This document shows, in pieces, positions 1-9,510 of a DNA stretch of 64,000 nt. A program made the translations under genes and the position numbers. The DNA is from an uncultured bacterium (lineage in GTDB: Bacteria > UBP14 > UBA6098 > B30-G16), in NCBI GenBank assembly GCA_965552135.1, contig CBEVQY010000003.1, positions 24,632 to 88,631 on the forward strand, read 5' to 3'. Position 1 is the first letter of the stretch; each line of letters starts with the position of its first letter. The notes beneath the pieces are model-generated. The model saw only the letters and a list, made by a program, of their open reading frames with translations, was not told the DNA's origin and searched no databases.

Positions 1-119
1 TTGTAGTAGGCTTTGACCCCCCTTTGGATCTCCCTGTGCCCACTTGCGAGGGCGGCGCACGCCGCAAGCAAAAGCACCAAGGCTATCCCAAGCCTGCACA
101 CCATCGTGACCCACCCCGT

Positions 120-1016
120 TTATGTCTTCGCTATGAGCGTCCCTTCGCCTTCGATCTCTTCGCGGCGAATGAAGGTCATGGTAAGCTCTGCGCCCAAAAG
201 CATGATCGCAGCGGTGTAGAACACCCACACGTACGTTGCCAAAATCGCGCTTATCCCGCCGTAGAGCTGGTTGAACCTAACGACATATTTTATGTACAGC
301 GCGAAGAGTCTTTTTGCCACCTCCCACGCGATTCCGGCGAAGAATCCACCCGCCAGGGCGTAGCGCCAGCGCACGCGCCTGTGGGGTATGAAGACGTAGA
401 CGGTTGTAAAAAATAGCGACACCCACAGGGTTGGCGCAAGCACAAAGAAGGCTTTCCAGAAAAGACCGATGTGCTCGTACGATATCCCCAGCACCGATAC
501 GCCAAGCTCGGCGAGGATAAATGCGCCCCAAGTTGCTGCGGCGGAGCCCAAAAGAGCAAGGTACGTCATGAACATAAGGATGTAGGCGAACAGGAGCTGT
601 CGCCAGAGTGGTCTTTGCTCGTGGCGTTCGAATACGCGGTTTATCGCCGACTCGACCGTCAAAAACACGCCGCCCGAAAAAACAAGCAAAAGCACCAAGC
701 TCACGCGATTGACCATCCCCGCCTGCTCGACGAACGTGCGGAAGAAAGAGCCTACCCTCACGGCTCCATCGGGCAAAAGCTCCTGGATATTGGCAAGACC
801 CAGGATTATGGTCGCCATCTTCTGGGGGGATTTTACCACCATCCCCGCGATGGACAGCCCAAAGAGCGCAAGCGGCACGGCGGAGAGCAGAAAGTAGAAC
901 GATATTGCCGCAGCCAGCATCGGACCGCCGTGGCGGTAGAAGTAGAACCACATTTCCCCAAAGTGCGCAAGGCACCGCCTCGCAAAGCAAGATACCTTTC
1001 GCAAAAAAGCCAACAT
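120..1016 (-). CDS. YihY/BrkB (ribonuclease BN-like) family inner-membrane protein
   Basis: Multi-TM protein with a YihY-like N-terminal AAAISFYFLLSAVP motif and six hydrophobic segments. The track ORF (120..1118) begins with TTG. I placed the start at the internal ATG at 1016; the start is uncertain. Confidence 0.65.
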   Translation of the reverse strand: MLAFLRKVSCFARRCLAHFGEMWFYFYRHGGPMLAAAISFYFLLSAVPLALFGLSIAGMVVKSPQKMATIILGLANIQELLPDGAVRVGSFFRTFVEQAGMVNRVSLVLLLVFSGGVFLTVESAINRVFERHEQRPLWRQLLFAYILMFMTYLALLGSAAATWGAFILAELGVSVLGISYEHIGLFWKAFFVLAPTLWVSLFFTTVYVFIPHRRVRWRYALAGGFFAGIAWEVAKRLFALYIKYVVRFNQLYGGISAILATYVWVFYTAAIMLLGAELTMTFIRREEIEGEGTLIAKT

Positions 1017-1169
1017 GCCTTCGAACAATATAGCCCTTCCGGCGCTTTGTGCAAGCAAGCTTTTGGAAAACAAGCCCGTTGGACGCCCATTGCAAAAATG
1101 GCTTGACTTAGAGCACAATATAGTCTACTTTTACAAACAAGTTAGCTTGTGTGCAGTCAAGGGGGATAA

Positions 1170-2483
1170 ATGAGGAAGACCTTCGTCCTTGCCTTCGTTG
1201 TGCTTTTCTGCATCGGCTTTGGCAGGGAGCTTGCGTACGTTGCGACGCTTGAGACGGGTGTGGAGGGCGACAGGTTTGGCGTGACCGTTGTCGCTTTGGG
1301 CGACGTAAACGGCGACGGTTACGGCGATATGCTTATCTGCGCTGAGGGAAGCTACGTTTTGCGCGACTATCCGGGCAAGGCTTATCTTTACCTTGGTGGT
1401 CCTCGTTTTGCTGGCGAGGCGGCGGTGGTCTTTTCCGGCGAAGCCCCCGGGGATCATTTTGGCGCAAGCGCAACGGCTTTGGGCGACATAAACGGCGATG
1501 GCTTCGGGGATTTTGCCATCGGCGCCGACAAGAACGACGAAGGCGGAACCGACGCCGGCAAGGTCTACATCTTCTTCGGCGGCAAGAAGATAGACACGAA
1601 GCCCGATTTGGTTATCGTTGGTGGTCGCGCCAACGACTGGTTTGGCAGTGCGCTTGCGGGCGGCGACGACATAAACGGCGACGGCAAACCCGACCTTTTG
1701 GTTGGCGCCCCATACGGCGGAAAAAAGTACGCTGGAACCGTAAGCATCTTCCTTGGGGGTTTTGGGTTCGAGGAGCCTGCGCTTGTGCTTTCGGGTGAGG
1801 ATGCCGGCGACTCGTACGGCGCAAGGGTCGCTATGTTGGGCGATGTCACCGCAGACGGCATAGCCGATTTCGCCGTAAGCGCCGTCTACGCCGATGCCGG
1901 CGACGTAAACGACGCCGGATGCGTTTACGTGTACGCCGGCGGCAACGTGATAAGCCAAAAGCCTGTGGCAAAGCTTTCCGGCAGCGTTCCCAGGGAGCAG
2001 ATGGGTTTTTCCGTCTGCGGTCCCGGGGATATCACCGGCGACGGCGTTGGCGACATCCTCGTCGGTGCGCCGGGCGGTGGTCCCGCGGGGATGGGGGCGG
2101 TTTACGTCTTCGCCGGCGGACAGGTCCTGCGACCCGAGCCGTTTAAGCGATTCCTCGGACAGCACCAAAACGACCTCTTCGGGCTTTCCGTATCCGGCGC
2201 GGGCGACCTCAACGCCGACAGAATCGCCGACTTCTTCGTCGGCGCTCCTTACACCGACGCAGGTCATTACCACGCCGGCAGAGTGGAGTTCTACGCAGGC
2301 GGCAAGGAGATGTCAATAAAGGACCTCTACCACACAAACGGCACGGCGGAGGAAAGCCAATACGGCTACTGCGTCGCCTACATTCCCGATTTCTTCGGTC
2401 GCGGAAAGGGGCTTTATGTTATAACGTCGGCGGGTCGCGGAAGCGGCAACGCGGGGAAGACGAAGGTCCTTGTGTACCGATAG
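1170..2483 (+). CDS. FG-GAP repeat (integrin-alpha-like) secreted protein
   Basis: Signal peptide MRKTFVLAFVVLFCIGF. At least six repeats of the DxNGDGxxD Ca-binding FG-GAP motif (GDVNGDGYGD, GDINGDGFGD, DDINGDGKPD, GDVTADGIADF, GDITGDGVGD, GDLNADRIADF). RBS-like AAGGGGGA upstream of ATG 1170. Confidence 0.8.
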   Translation: MRKTFVLAFVVLFCIGFGRELAYVATLETGVEGDRFGVTVVALGDVNGDGYGDMLICAEGSYVLRDYPGKAYLYLGGPRFAGEAAVVFSGEAPGDHFGASATALGDINGDGFGDFAIGADKNDEGGTDAGKVYIFFGGKKIDTKPDLVIVGGRANDWFGSALAGGDDINGDGKPDLLVGAPYGGKKYAGTVSIFLGGFGFEEPALVLSGEDAGDSYGARVAMLGDVTADGIADFAVSAVYADAGDVNDAGCVYVYAGGNVISQKPVAKLSGSVPREQMGFSVCGPGDITGDGVGDILVGAPGGGPAGMGAVYVFAGGQVLRPEPFKRFLGQHQNDLFGLSVSGAGDLNADRIADFFVGAPYTDAGHYHAGRVEFYAGGKEMSIKDLYHTNGTAEESQYGYCVAYIPDFFGRGKGLYVITSAGRGSGNAGKTKVLVYR

Positions 2484-2567
2484 AGGGTGCTGCCGAACCC
2501 CCAGAGCCAAGGGCTTCGGGCAACAGGTGGTGGGAGGCGAGCAATCGAGGGCTGGGATGCAAATTCG

Positions 2568-2692
2568 GCGCAGCGCGCAGGCTTTGGACAGATACCTCGG
2601 CGTGAGCGCAGGCTTTGGACAATACATTGGTGTGAGCGCAGGTTTTAGGCAAATGCCTCGGCGTGAGCGCAGGTTTTGGGCAATGCCTCGGC
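2568..2692. repeat. Tandem direct repeat, four 30-31 bp units (consensus GTGAGCGCAGGYTTTGGRCAAATRCCTCGGC)
   Basis: Read directly in the sequence. The units are contiguous with no spacers and end about 40 bp before the RBS (GGAGGTG 2721-2727) and ATG 2734 of the giant surface-protein gene. Confidence 0.75.
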
Positions 2693-2733
2693 GTGAAATC
2701 GTGAAATATAGAAAAAATTCGGAGGTGTAACAG

Positions 2734-5700
2734 ATGAGGAAGACGTTGGCTGTGGTTTTGGTGCTTTTGGGCGTTTTTGCGGGAGCTTATGCTCTTTCGT
2801 GGCGGGTTGAGCTTGCCGTTTCCGCCGGCGACGAGACCCGCACCCTCCTGTGGGGCGTTGATCCAGCCGCATCCGACGGGTACGACCACGGCATCGACGA
2901 AAACTTCCCCATCCTTCCCCCGTCGGGGCTTTACGCCTATTTCGCGATAGATGATCCTTATAATCCGTATGTTACGATGCTTTCCGAGGACGTGAGGGGT
3001 GACGAGCTTGTTGAGCACGTTTGGCGCGGCACCGCGGGCGGAGCGGTCGACCCTATCACCGTGTCGTGGAATCCTCTTGCTATACCCCTCGGCTCAGCCG
3101 AGATAGGGATAGGCACCGCCACCGTTCCCCCGATCGAGTGGATCGACATGACCACAAGCAGCTCTGTGGTCATCACGGCGGGGCAGTACTTTTGGATAAG
3201 GTTCACTCCCGCCGCCTCCGGTGCCGACAGCCCCCCTTACGTCGTTTCAACCGACCCTGCCGACGGCGCAGCCGACGTCCCAACGACCGCAAGCATCGAG
3301 ATCATCCTCGCGGACGACGAAACGGGAATAGATCCCTCCTCGGTTCTGCTTACGGTCAACGGCGAGGATGTGACCGCACGGGCTTCGTTCGTGAGAATGG
3401 GCAACGAGTTCGGAATTTATTATGCGCCCGAGTCGGGATTTCCGCCGTCGAGCACCGTTGAGGTAAGCGTTTCGGCGGCGGAGATATCCACCTCGCCCGA
3501 GTCGCTCTCTTACAGCTTCAGCTTCTCCACGGGCGCGGAGCTTGCAGAGGTCCTGTGGGAGCAGTGGATAACGGTGTACGACGTCTCACCTTCGGGCGAT
3601 ACCACCGCCATCGGGCTTTCGTTCGGCGTCGACTCCCTCTGCACCGGAGGCTTTGACCCCGGCTACGATGTCCCTCTTCCAATACCCCCCGGGGGAAGCT
3701 TTTATGCGTACTTCCCGATAAGCGATCCCGACTATCCCTTTATAAGCATGCTCAAGCGCGACATTCGCGGCGTTGGCGGCGAGGACGTCTGGATCGTCCG
3801 CACGGGCAATCCGGGCGTGTACGAATTCGTTGAGTGGGATCCCTACACGCTGCCTGAGGGTGTTGAGCTTGAGGTTGGCGTTGCCTTCCCTCCCGAAAGC
3901 CCGTCGGAGTGGGTCAATATGCGCGATGTTGAGCGGATCGAGGTAAGCCCAGGTCAGTGGGTTTGGTTGCGTCGGGTTGTGGCGCCTGTGGTCGATACGC
4001 TGCCGCCTTATCTTGTCTCGAGCGTGCCCTCCGTCGGGGCGACAGGCGTGGCACTCAGCACAAGCATCACCGTCATCATCGCCGACGACGGCTGCGGCGT
4101 CGACACGTCATCTGTGGTGTTCGTCGTCGACGGCGAGGACGTGACGTCGGACGCCGAGATGACCGTGGTGGGGGATCTTGTCTACATCACCTACGACCCG
4201 CCCACCGACTTCCCCTCCCTCTACACCGTCAGCTGGAGCGTTGAGGTCTCGGACCTCGCAACGCCCCCAAACTCCGCGCTCATAGAGGGCTACTTCACCA
4301 CAGGCTACTTCCCAACGCCAGCCTGGGCGTGCACCCTGGTGTTCGATGTATCTCCGGCGGAGGGGTCGCCGTACGTCGTGAACCTCGTCTTCGGCGTCGA
4401 CGAAGCCGGAACTGACGGCTTCGACGTCGGGCTCGATTACCCCGTAGCTCCACCTATACCCGGTGCACCCGCCTTCTACTTCTTCATCGAGGATACCCTC
4501 TGGTCCCAGCTTGCGAGGGATATAAGAAGCTCGCTTGATGATTCCATCGTTTGGGTCGCCCACTGCGTTGGTGTCGACACGACCTGGGGCAGATTCTCCG
4601 TAAGCTGGAATGCCTCAGCCCTCCCCGAGGAGGGATATTTCTTCTTCGCCGTAACCGATATGTCCACCCCGCCTGCGGAGTGGACGCCCATGACGAGCGT
4701 AACATCCCTTGATATATACTCCGACTCAAGGCTTTTTGTGCTTTATACATCCGAGGTGTATTATTGTCTTTCGGGCGTCGTTTCGCTTGAGGGCGAGGAC
4801 GATTACTCGGGCACCGTCGTTTCGATACCGTCGTTGGGAATCTCCGACACGACCGACTCCGACGGGAGCTACGAGCTTTGCGGTCTTGCGGCCGGAACGT
4901 ACACCGTTTTGTTCGAGCACGACGGCTACGAGCCGCAGGAGCACACGCTCGAGATTGTTGGCGATATGATGTTCGACGTCACGCTCTATCCGTACTACTA
5001 TCGCGTTGACGGCGTTGTGGCGCTTGAGGGCGTTCCCTCCGGCGAGTGGGACGGGACCGTCGTGAGGCTGGGCGACAACGTCACCGTCACCGACCCCGAT
5101 GGATACTTCGTGTTCAACAACGTTAGGTCGGGCGAGTACGCTTTCAGCGCCGAGCACGAGGGGTTTGTGCCGTTTGACACAGTGATTCTCGTCGACGACA
5201 CGACAATGCTTTACGTGGAGCTTGCGGCAGAGGTTCACTACGGCGATCTCGTCGTTTTGGTCGACCTGGAGGGGGGCGGTGATCTTTCGGGGACCGGCGT
5301 CGTCTTGAGCGGCACCGACACTGCCTACACCGATGCAAGCGGCGCAGCCGTCTTCGAAGACCTGGAGTACGGCACCTACGAGCTTCACATCTTCAGGGAA
5401 GGGTATCAGCCGGGCGAGCTTTTGGTTACCGTCGACGAGCCTGTGGAGACCGTTTCGACCACTCTTTCGCTTCTGCGCGGCACCGTAGAGGTTACGGTCG
5501 ACCTCGAGGGCGACGGAGACCTGTCGGGAACGATGGTCGTCCTCGACGGAGTCGACACCGCCTACACCGACGCCTCGGGAACGGCTGTGTTCAGCGAAAT
5601 CGTCTACGGAGAACATAGCCTCTACGTCTGGCGCGAGGGATACCAGCCCCAGTCCATGGACTTCACCGTAGACGAGCCCACAGAGCTTATCTCGCTCGTT

Positions 5701-7281
5701 CTGTCGCTCAAGCACGGCGTTATCGAGGGCTTCGTTATGCTCTCAACCGGACCCACCGACCTTTCCGGAACGATCGTCACCCTCGACGGCGAGGACGTCG
5801 CGTACACCGATATGACTGGCTTCTTCCGCTTTGAGGACGTCGCCTACGGGACGCACAGCCTCCATTTCCAGCACGATGGCTTCCTCCCGAAGGACACGAG
5901 CGTGTACCTTTGGGAGCCCGGGACGCTTGAGGTCAGCGTGATGCTCGAGGAAAGCCTTTACTTCAATCCGCCTCGGAACCTCACGATCTACTCTCGCCAC
6001 CACCACCGAGTAGCGATAAGGTGGGATCCGCCCGAGCCTTGTCCCGCCACGCTGGTGGGCTACGGCGTGATAAGGTCCTACATAACCCCCACCGGCGGCG
6101 ACACCATAGCGATTTTGCCGAAGTGGGCTACGGGCTACATCGACAGGGACGTTGGCGAGGGCGCGACCGACGTCTATTGGTATTGGGTTTTTGCGATATA
6201 CGCTGAGGGCACAAGCGGCGCTGCGGGTCCTCGTATGGGCTGGGCAGGCGACAATCCCGATGACCCCGACGTCCTTGTGGTGGACTTCGACAACGGCGCG
6301 CTCCTTGCTGACGGCGCCACCGCAGACGAAGCACAAGCCCTGGCAGATCTCCTCCAGGACGCCGGATACAACGTTGACGTAACCTCCCAGGACGAGCAGC
6401 TTGTCGACTTCGAGAACGATCTTCTGCTCTACCAGGCTGTCTTTGTCGTCACTGGCATTCGCGACGCCAACAACGAGCTCCTTTCGGACGGCTCTTTGGA
6501 GGTTTTGCGCGATTATCTTGGCGCCGGCGGCTGCCTCTACTGGGAGGGCGCCGACGTCGCCGCCGATTACTCCGACGCCCTCGGCGGCGACTGGCTGCCG
6601 ATGCTGGGCGTCTCCCTCGCAGACGACGGTCGCGGAAGGGGCGTTGGGAACGTGAGCGAGCTCTTCGGCGACGTCACATTCTTCTTCAACGACCTCGACC
6701 TCCACTACGACTACCGCACACGCAGCGACCACTACATAGACGAGCTTTGGGCTGAGGGCAGCGCAGTGGCTGTGCTGCTTTCGCAGGATACACCGCCGCC
6801 GAACGTGTCGAACGTGAGGATGGTGGCTTACTACGGCGTTCACCCCGAATTCACCTCGACGTGGCGAGCGGTGACGTCCTCGATATACCTTGGCGGAATT
6901 CAGTTCTCCGACGAGGTCAACAACAGGTGGGAGGTTCTGCGCGGAGTCTGGAACTTCCTCACCGGGGTCGACATCGGTCCCTACACCGGCGTGACCGAAG
7001 GGGGCAAGCAGACTTTGCCGCAGGAGCTTTCGCTTTCGCTTTCGCCAACTCCGTTCAACAGCGCGCTTGACGTGAGCGTGAGGCTTTCTGCACAGCGGGA
7101 CGTTGAGCTCTACGTTGAGGACCTTAGCGGCAGGCGGGTTTCGACGCTTTTTGCGGGAAGGCTTTCGGCAGGCGAACATACCTTCCGCTGGAACGCCGGA
7201 AACGCGCCCTCGGGAACGTATCTTGTCGTCCTGAAGTCCGGCGGAAGGTGCGAGGCACAAAAGGCGGTGCTTGTGCGCTGA
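2734..7281 (+). CDS. Giant secreted multi-domain surface protein (1515 aa) with T9SS type-A C-terminal sorting domain
   Basis: Signal peptide MRKTLAVVLVLLGVFAGAYA. Three copies of an unrecognised ~150-aa N-terminal module interleaved with Ig-like (SbsA/Big-type) domains. Six carboxypeptidase-regulatory-like (CarbopepD_reg) beta-sandwich repeats (e.g. TVVSIPSLGISDTTDSDGSYELCGLAAGTYTVLFEHDGYEPQ). An FN3-like segment, a GATase1/ThuA-like fold segment, and a C-terminal T9SS CTD (LSLSPTPFNSALDVSV...GTYLVVLKSGGRCEAQKAVLVR). Confidence 0.85.
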   Translation: MRKTLAVVLVLLGVFAGAYALSWRVELAVSAGDETRTLLWGVDPAASDGYDHGIDENFPILPPSGLYAYFAIDDPYNPYVTMLSEDVRGDELVEHVWRGTAGGAVDPITVSWNPLAIPLGSAEIGIGTATVPPIEWIDMTTSSSVVITAGQYFWIRFTPAASGADSPPYVVSTDPADGAADVPTTASIEIILADDETGIDPSSVLLTVNGEDVTARASFVRMGNEFGIYYAPESGFPPSSTVEVSVSAAEISTSPESLSYSFSFSTGAELAEVLWEQWITVYDVSPSGDTTAIGLSFGVDSLCTGGFDPGYDVPLPIPPGGSFYAYFPISDPDYPFISMLKRDIRGVGGEDVWIVRTGNPGVYEFVEWDPYTLPEGVELEVGVAFPPESPSEWVNMRDVERIEVSPGQWVWLRRVVAPVVDTLPPYLVSSVPSVGATGVALSTSITVIIADDGCGVDTSSVVFVVDGEDVTSDAEMTVVGDLVYITYDPPTDFPSLYTVSWSVEVSDLATPPNSALIEGYFTTGYFPTPAWACTLVFDVSPAEGSPYVVNLVFGVDEAGTDGFDVGLDYPVAPPIPGAPAFYFFIEDTLWSQLARDIRSSLDDSIVWVAHCVGVDTTWGRFSVSWNASALPEEGYFFFAVTDMSTPPAEWTPMTSVTSLDIYSDSRLFVLYTSEVYYCLSGVVSLEGEDDYSGTVVSIPSLGISDTTDSDGSYELCGLAAGTYTVLFEHDGYEPQEHTLEIVGDMMFDVTLYPYYYRVDGVVALEGVPSGEWDGTVVRLGDNVTVTDPDGYFVFNNVRSGEYAFSAEHEGFVPFDTVILVDDTTMLYVELAAEVHYGDLVVLVDLEGGGDLSGTGVVLSGTDTAYTDASGAAVFEDLEYGTYELHIFREGYQPGELLVTVDEPVETVSTTLSLLRGTVEVTVDLEGDGDLSGTMVVLDGVDTAYTDASGTAVFSEIVYGEHSLYVWREGYQPQSMDFTVDEPTELISLVLSLKHGVIEGFVMLSTGPTDLSGTIVTLDGEDVAYTDMTGFFRFEDVAYGTHSLHFQHDGFLPKDTSVYLWEPGTLEVSVMLEESLYFNPPRNLTIYSRHHHRVAIRWDPPEPCPATLVGYGVIRSYITPTGGDTIAILPKWATGYIDRDVGEGATDVYWYWVFAIYAEGTSGAAGPRMGWAGDNPDDPDVLVVDFDNGALLADGATADEAQALADLLQDAGYNVDVTSQDEQLVDFENDLLLYQAVFVVTGIRDANNELLSDGSLEVLRDYLGAGGCLYWEGADVAADYSDALGGDWLPMLGVSLADDGRGRGVGNVSELFGDVTFFFNDLDLHYDYRTRSDHYIDELWAEGSAVAVLLSQDTPPPNVSNVRMVAYYGVHPEFTSTWRAVTSSIYLGGIQFSDEVNNRWEVLRGVWNFLTGVDIGPYTGVTEGGKQTLPQELSLSLSPTPFNSALDVSVRLSAQRDVELYVEDLSGRRVSTLFAGRLSAGEHTFRWNAGNAPSGTYLVVLKSGGRCEAQKAVLVR
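5260..5970 (+). repeat. Intragenic tandem repeats of 237 bp (79 aa) encoding CarbopepD_reg-like domains
   Basis: Units starting at 5260 and 5497 are about 80% identical at the DNA level (gtcgacctggagggg... versus gtcgacctcgagggc...). A third, more diverged unit follows at about 5734-5970. Confidence 0.55.
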
Positions 7282-7284
7282 GGC

Positions 7285-9510
7285 TTGCTTGAGCTCCGTC
7301 GGAGACGGAGACCCGAGAAAGTGGAAGACAACTCTGAAAAATCGGATAAAGGCTCACTACGCCGCTTCTTCGGACGCTACGGCTGGCAGGTTGCGGTGCT
7401 GGCTTTTGTCGCCCTGCTTTTCGCCCTGCCAATTGCGCTGAGTTATGCCCGCAAACCCTCGATCCCCGAGGTCGGCGATATCGCCCAGGAGGACATAATC
7501 GCCCCCATAAGCTTCGAGGTCCTCAAGGATCCCGACAGCCTCGAGGCTGAGCGACAGGCGGTGTTGAGGTCGGTTCCGGTTGTCCTTTCGCTGCGCGATG
7601 GGGTGAAAGACTCCGTCCTTGCTGCCTTCGATTCCCTCTGGTCGGTTACGGTTGAGGTAGTGAAGTCGCGCGCGCTCTCGCAGGAGCAAAAGCTCGATTC
7701 GCTTGCCTCTCTGTGGCCGGGGCTTGGGGAGAGCGCCCTGGAGCTTGTGGCATCGCTAAAGCCCCGGCAGGCTTTGGACTTTGCCCGCGTGGTCAAGGCA
7801 GGGCTCAGGCTTGTGTACGGCAAGGGCTTCGTCTCCTCCCGCCTGGACGACGAGTGGCGCGGCGAGCTGTATCGGATCGGCTCGGGGAGGAGGTCCGAGG
7901 TTCTGCCCGCGGCGATGGTCATGACCGATAGCATAGCCCTCGTTGAGCTTGCGGGGTATTTCGACAGACAGTATCGGTCCTCGCCGGAGCGCTCTTCTTT
8001 GGCGCTTGCCGTGGCGAAGAGGTTCGTCGTGCCCAACCTCGTCCCCGACGAGGATGAGACCCGTGCGCTGCGAAAAAGCGCGCTCGAAAAGATATCGGAG
8101 GTGAAATTCACGGTCAAACAGGGCGAAAAGATTGTTGGCAAGCACGAGCGGATAACCCGCGAGGTCAGGCTAAAGCTTATCTCGCTCTACGACAAACTCC
8201 AGGGCAGGAGGCGCGTTGCGAGGTCCTTTTTCGCCCTGCTTTCGGTTTTCGGCGTGCTGGCTGTGTCGCTGTGCGTTGTCGCTATGTTCGGCGCTTTCCT
8301 GTGGGGATGGTACAGGGAGCTTTGGGAGGACCTTTCGAAGTTTATGGTTGCAGGCGGCGCGATGTTTGCGGTGGTTGTGGCAACTCACCTTCTGCACGCA
8401 TCCGGTCTTACCAACTATGCCGCGCCTGTCAACTTCGTCGCAGCGCTTCTGGCGTTTTTGTTCGGCGAGTGGGTGGCTTTCGCCGCGTCGGTGACCATGG
8501 TGATCCTCTGCGCGGTGGGCTTTGGCGGGAACGTCGTCTTCGTTGTGGCTGCAACGCTTGCCGCAGCAATAATAGCCTTCGGAACGCAGCGTGTCCACAT
8601 GCGCCAAAGGCTCTACAGACCCGTGCTCTACGCCGTCGTTGTCGGCGCTTTTGTGGTGGTCGTCTTCAACCTCATCCTCTACACGCCGCCGAACGATATC
8701 CTGCGCTACGCCGCCGAGTTCGGGATATCCACCCTCTTTTCTCCCTTTCTGGCGTTTTTAGCCCTGCCTTTGGCGGAGAGGCTTTCGGGCTTGGCATCTG
8801 ACTTCACCCTGACGGGTCTTGCCGACGTGAACTCCGTTTTGCTGCAGAAGCTTTCCGTCGAGGCGCCCGGAACGTTCCACCACAGCATCCTCGTGGGCAA
8901 TATGGCTGCCTCCGCCGCCGAAGCCGTGGGTGCCAACGCACCGCTCGCGAGGGTCGGAGGATACTACCACGACATCGGCAAGCTCGTCAACCCCGAGTAC
9001 TTCGATGAAAACCAAACGGGGCTAAATCCGCACGACTCCCTCTCCCCGTTCGAAAGCTTTAGGGTGATAAAGGAGCACATAAGGGAGGGGGTCGAGATAG
9101 CCAGGCTCCACCGCTTCCCGAAGCCTGTGATCGACATAATCCAGCAGCACCACGGCACCTCCGTTATGGAGTTTTTCTACCGCAAGGCGAAGGAGCTTCA
9201 GCCTTCCGTTTCGCCCGATGAGTTCAGGTATCCGGGTCCCAAGCCCCAGACGAGGGAGGCGGTGATCGTTATGATCTGCGACACTATAGAGGCTGCGGTT
9301 CGCAGCCGCGGCGAGGGGGCGTTCTCCTCACCAGAGGAACTTAAGGCTTTCGTGAACGAGCTTGTGATGGAAAAGCTCAACGACGGTCAGTTCGACGAAG
9401 CACCCATATCGATGAGGGATATAAAAAGGGTCATCGAGAGGTCTATCCCCATGCTTATGGGCATTTACCACAAGCGCGTTCCCCACGAGGGGGTGCCAAA
9501 GGGTGCGTGA
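7285..9510 (+). CDS. pgpH: PgpH-type membrane-bound HD-domain phosphohydrolase (7TM receptor with intracellular HD hydrolase)
   Basis: Multiple TM helices followed by an HD motif (HHSILVGNMAASAAEAVGAN...GGYYHDIGK). The ybeY-operon-like context (followed by a CorC/CBS gene with a 4-nt overlap) is typical for YqfF/PgpH. The track ORF starts with TTG; the real start may be the GTG at 7321. Confidence 0.8.
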   Translation: MLELRRRRRPEKVEDNSEKSDKGSLRRFFGRYGWQVAVLAFVALLFALPIALSYARKPSIPEVGDIAQEDIIAPISFEVLKDPDSLEAERQAVLRSVPVVLSLRDGVKDSVLAAFDSLWSVTVEVVKSRALSQEQKLDSLASLWPGLGESALELVASLKPRQALDFARVVKAGLRLVYGKGFVSSRLDDEWRGELYRIGSGRRSEVLPAAMVMTDSIALVELAGYFDRQYRSSPERSSLALAVAKRFVVPNLVPDEDETRALRKSALEKISEVKFTVKQGEKIVGKHERITREVRLKLISLYDKLQGRRRVARSFFALLSVFGVLAVSLCVVAMFGAFLWGWYRELWEDLSKFMVAGGAMFAVVVATHLLHASGLTNYAAPVNFVAALLAFLFGEWVAFAASVTMVILCAVGFGGNVVFVVAATLAAAIIAFGTQRVHMRQRLYRPVLYAVVVGAFVVVVFNLILYTPPNDILRYAAEFGISTLFSPFLAFLALPLAERLSGLASDFTLTGLADVNSVLLQKLSVEAPGTFHHSILVGNMAASAAEAVGANAPLARVGGYYHDIGKLVNPEYFDENQTGLNPHDSLSPFESFRVIKEHIREGVEIARLHRFPKPVIDIIQQHHGTSVMEFFYRKAKELQPSVSPDEFRYPGPKPQTREAVIVMICDTIEAAVRSRGEGAFSSPEELKAFVNELVMEKLNDGQFDEAPISMRDIKRVIERSIPMLMGIYHKRVPHEGVPKGA

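Noticed and set aside
1131-2273. A 380-aa minus ORF antisense to the FG-GAP gene.
   Set aside because: The sense frame shows textbook FG-GAP Ca-binding repeats. The antisense frame is a GC artefact.
2568-2692. Possible CRISPR array.
   Set aside because: The repeats are directly contiguous with no spacers, only four units, and there are no cas genes in the window. Interpreted as an iteron-like tandem repeat instead.
4726-7260. Two long minus-strand ORFs (4726..5715 and 5743..7260) antisense to the 1515-aa surface-protein gene.
   Set aside because: The + strand frame is continuous, with a signal peptide, recognisable CarbopepD_reg, FN3 and T9SS domains. The antisense products are low-complexity.
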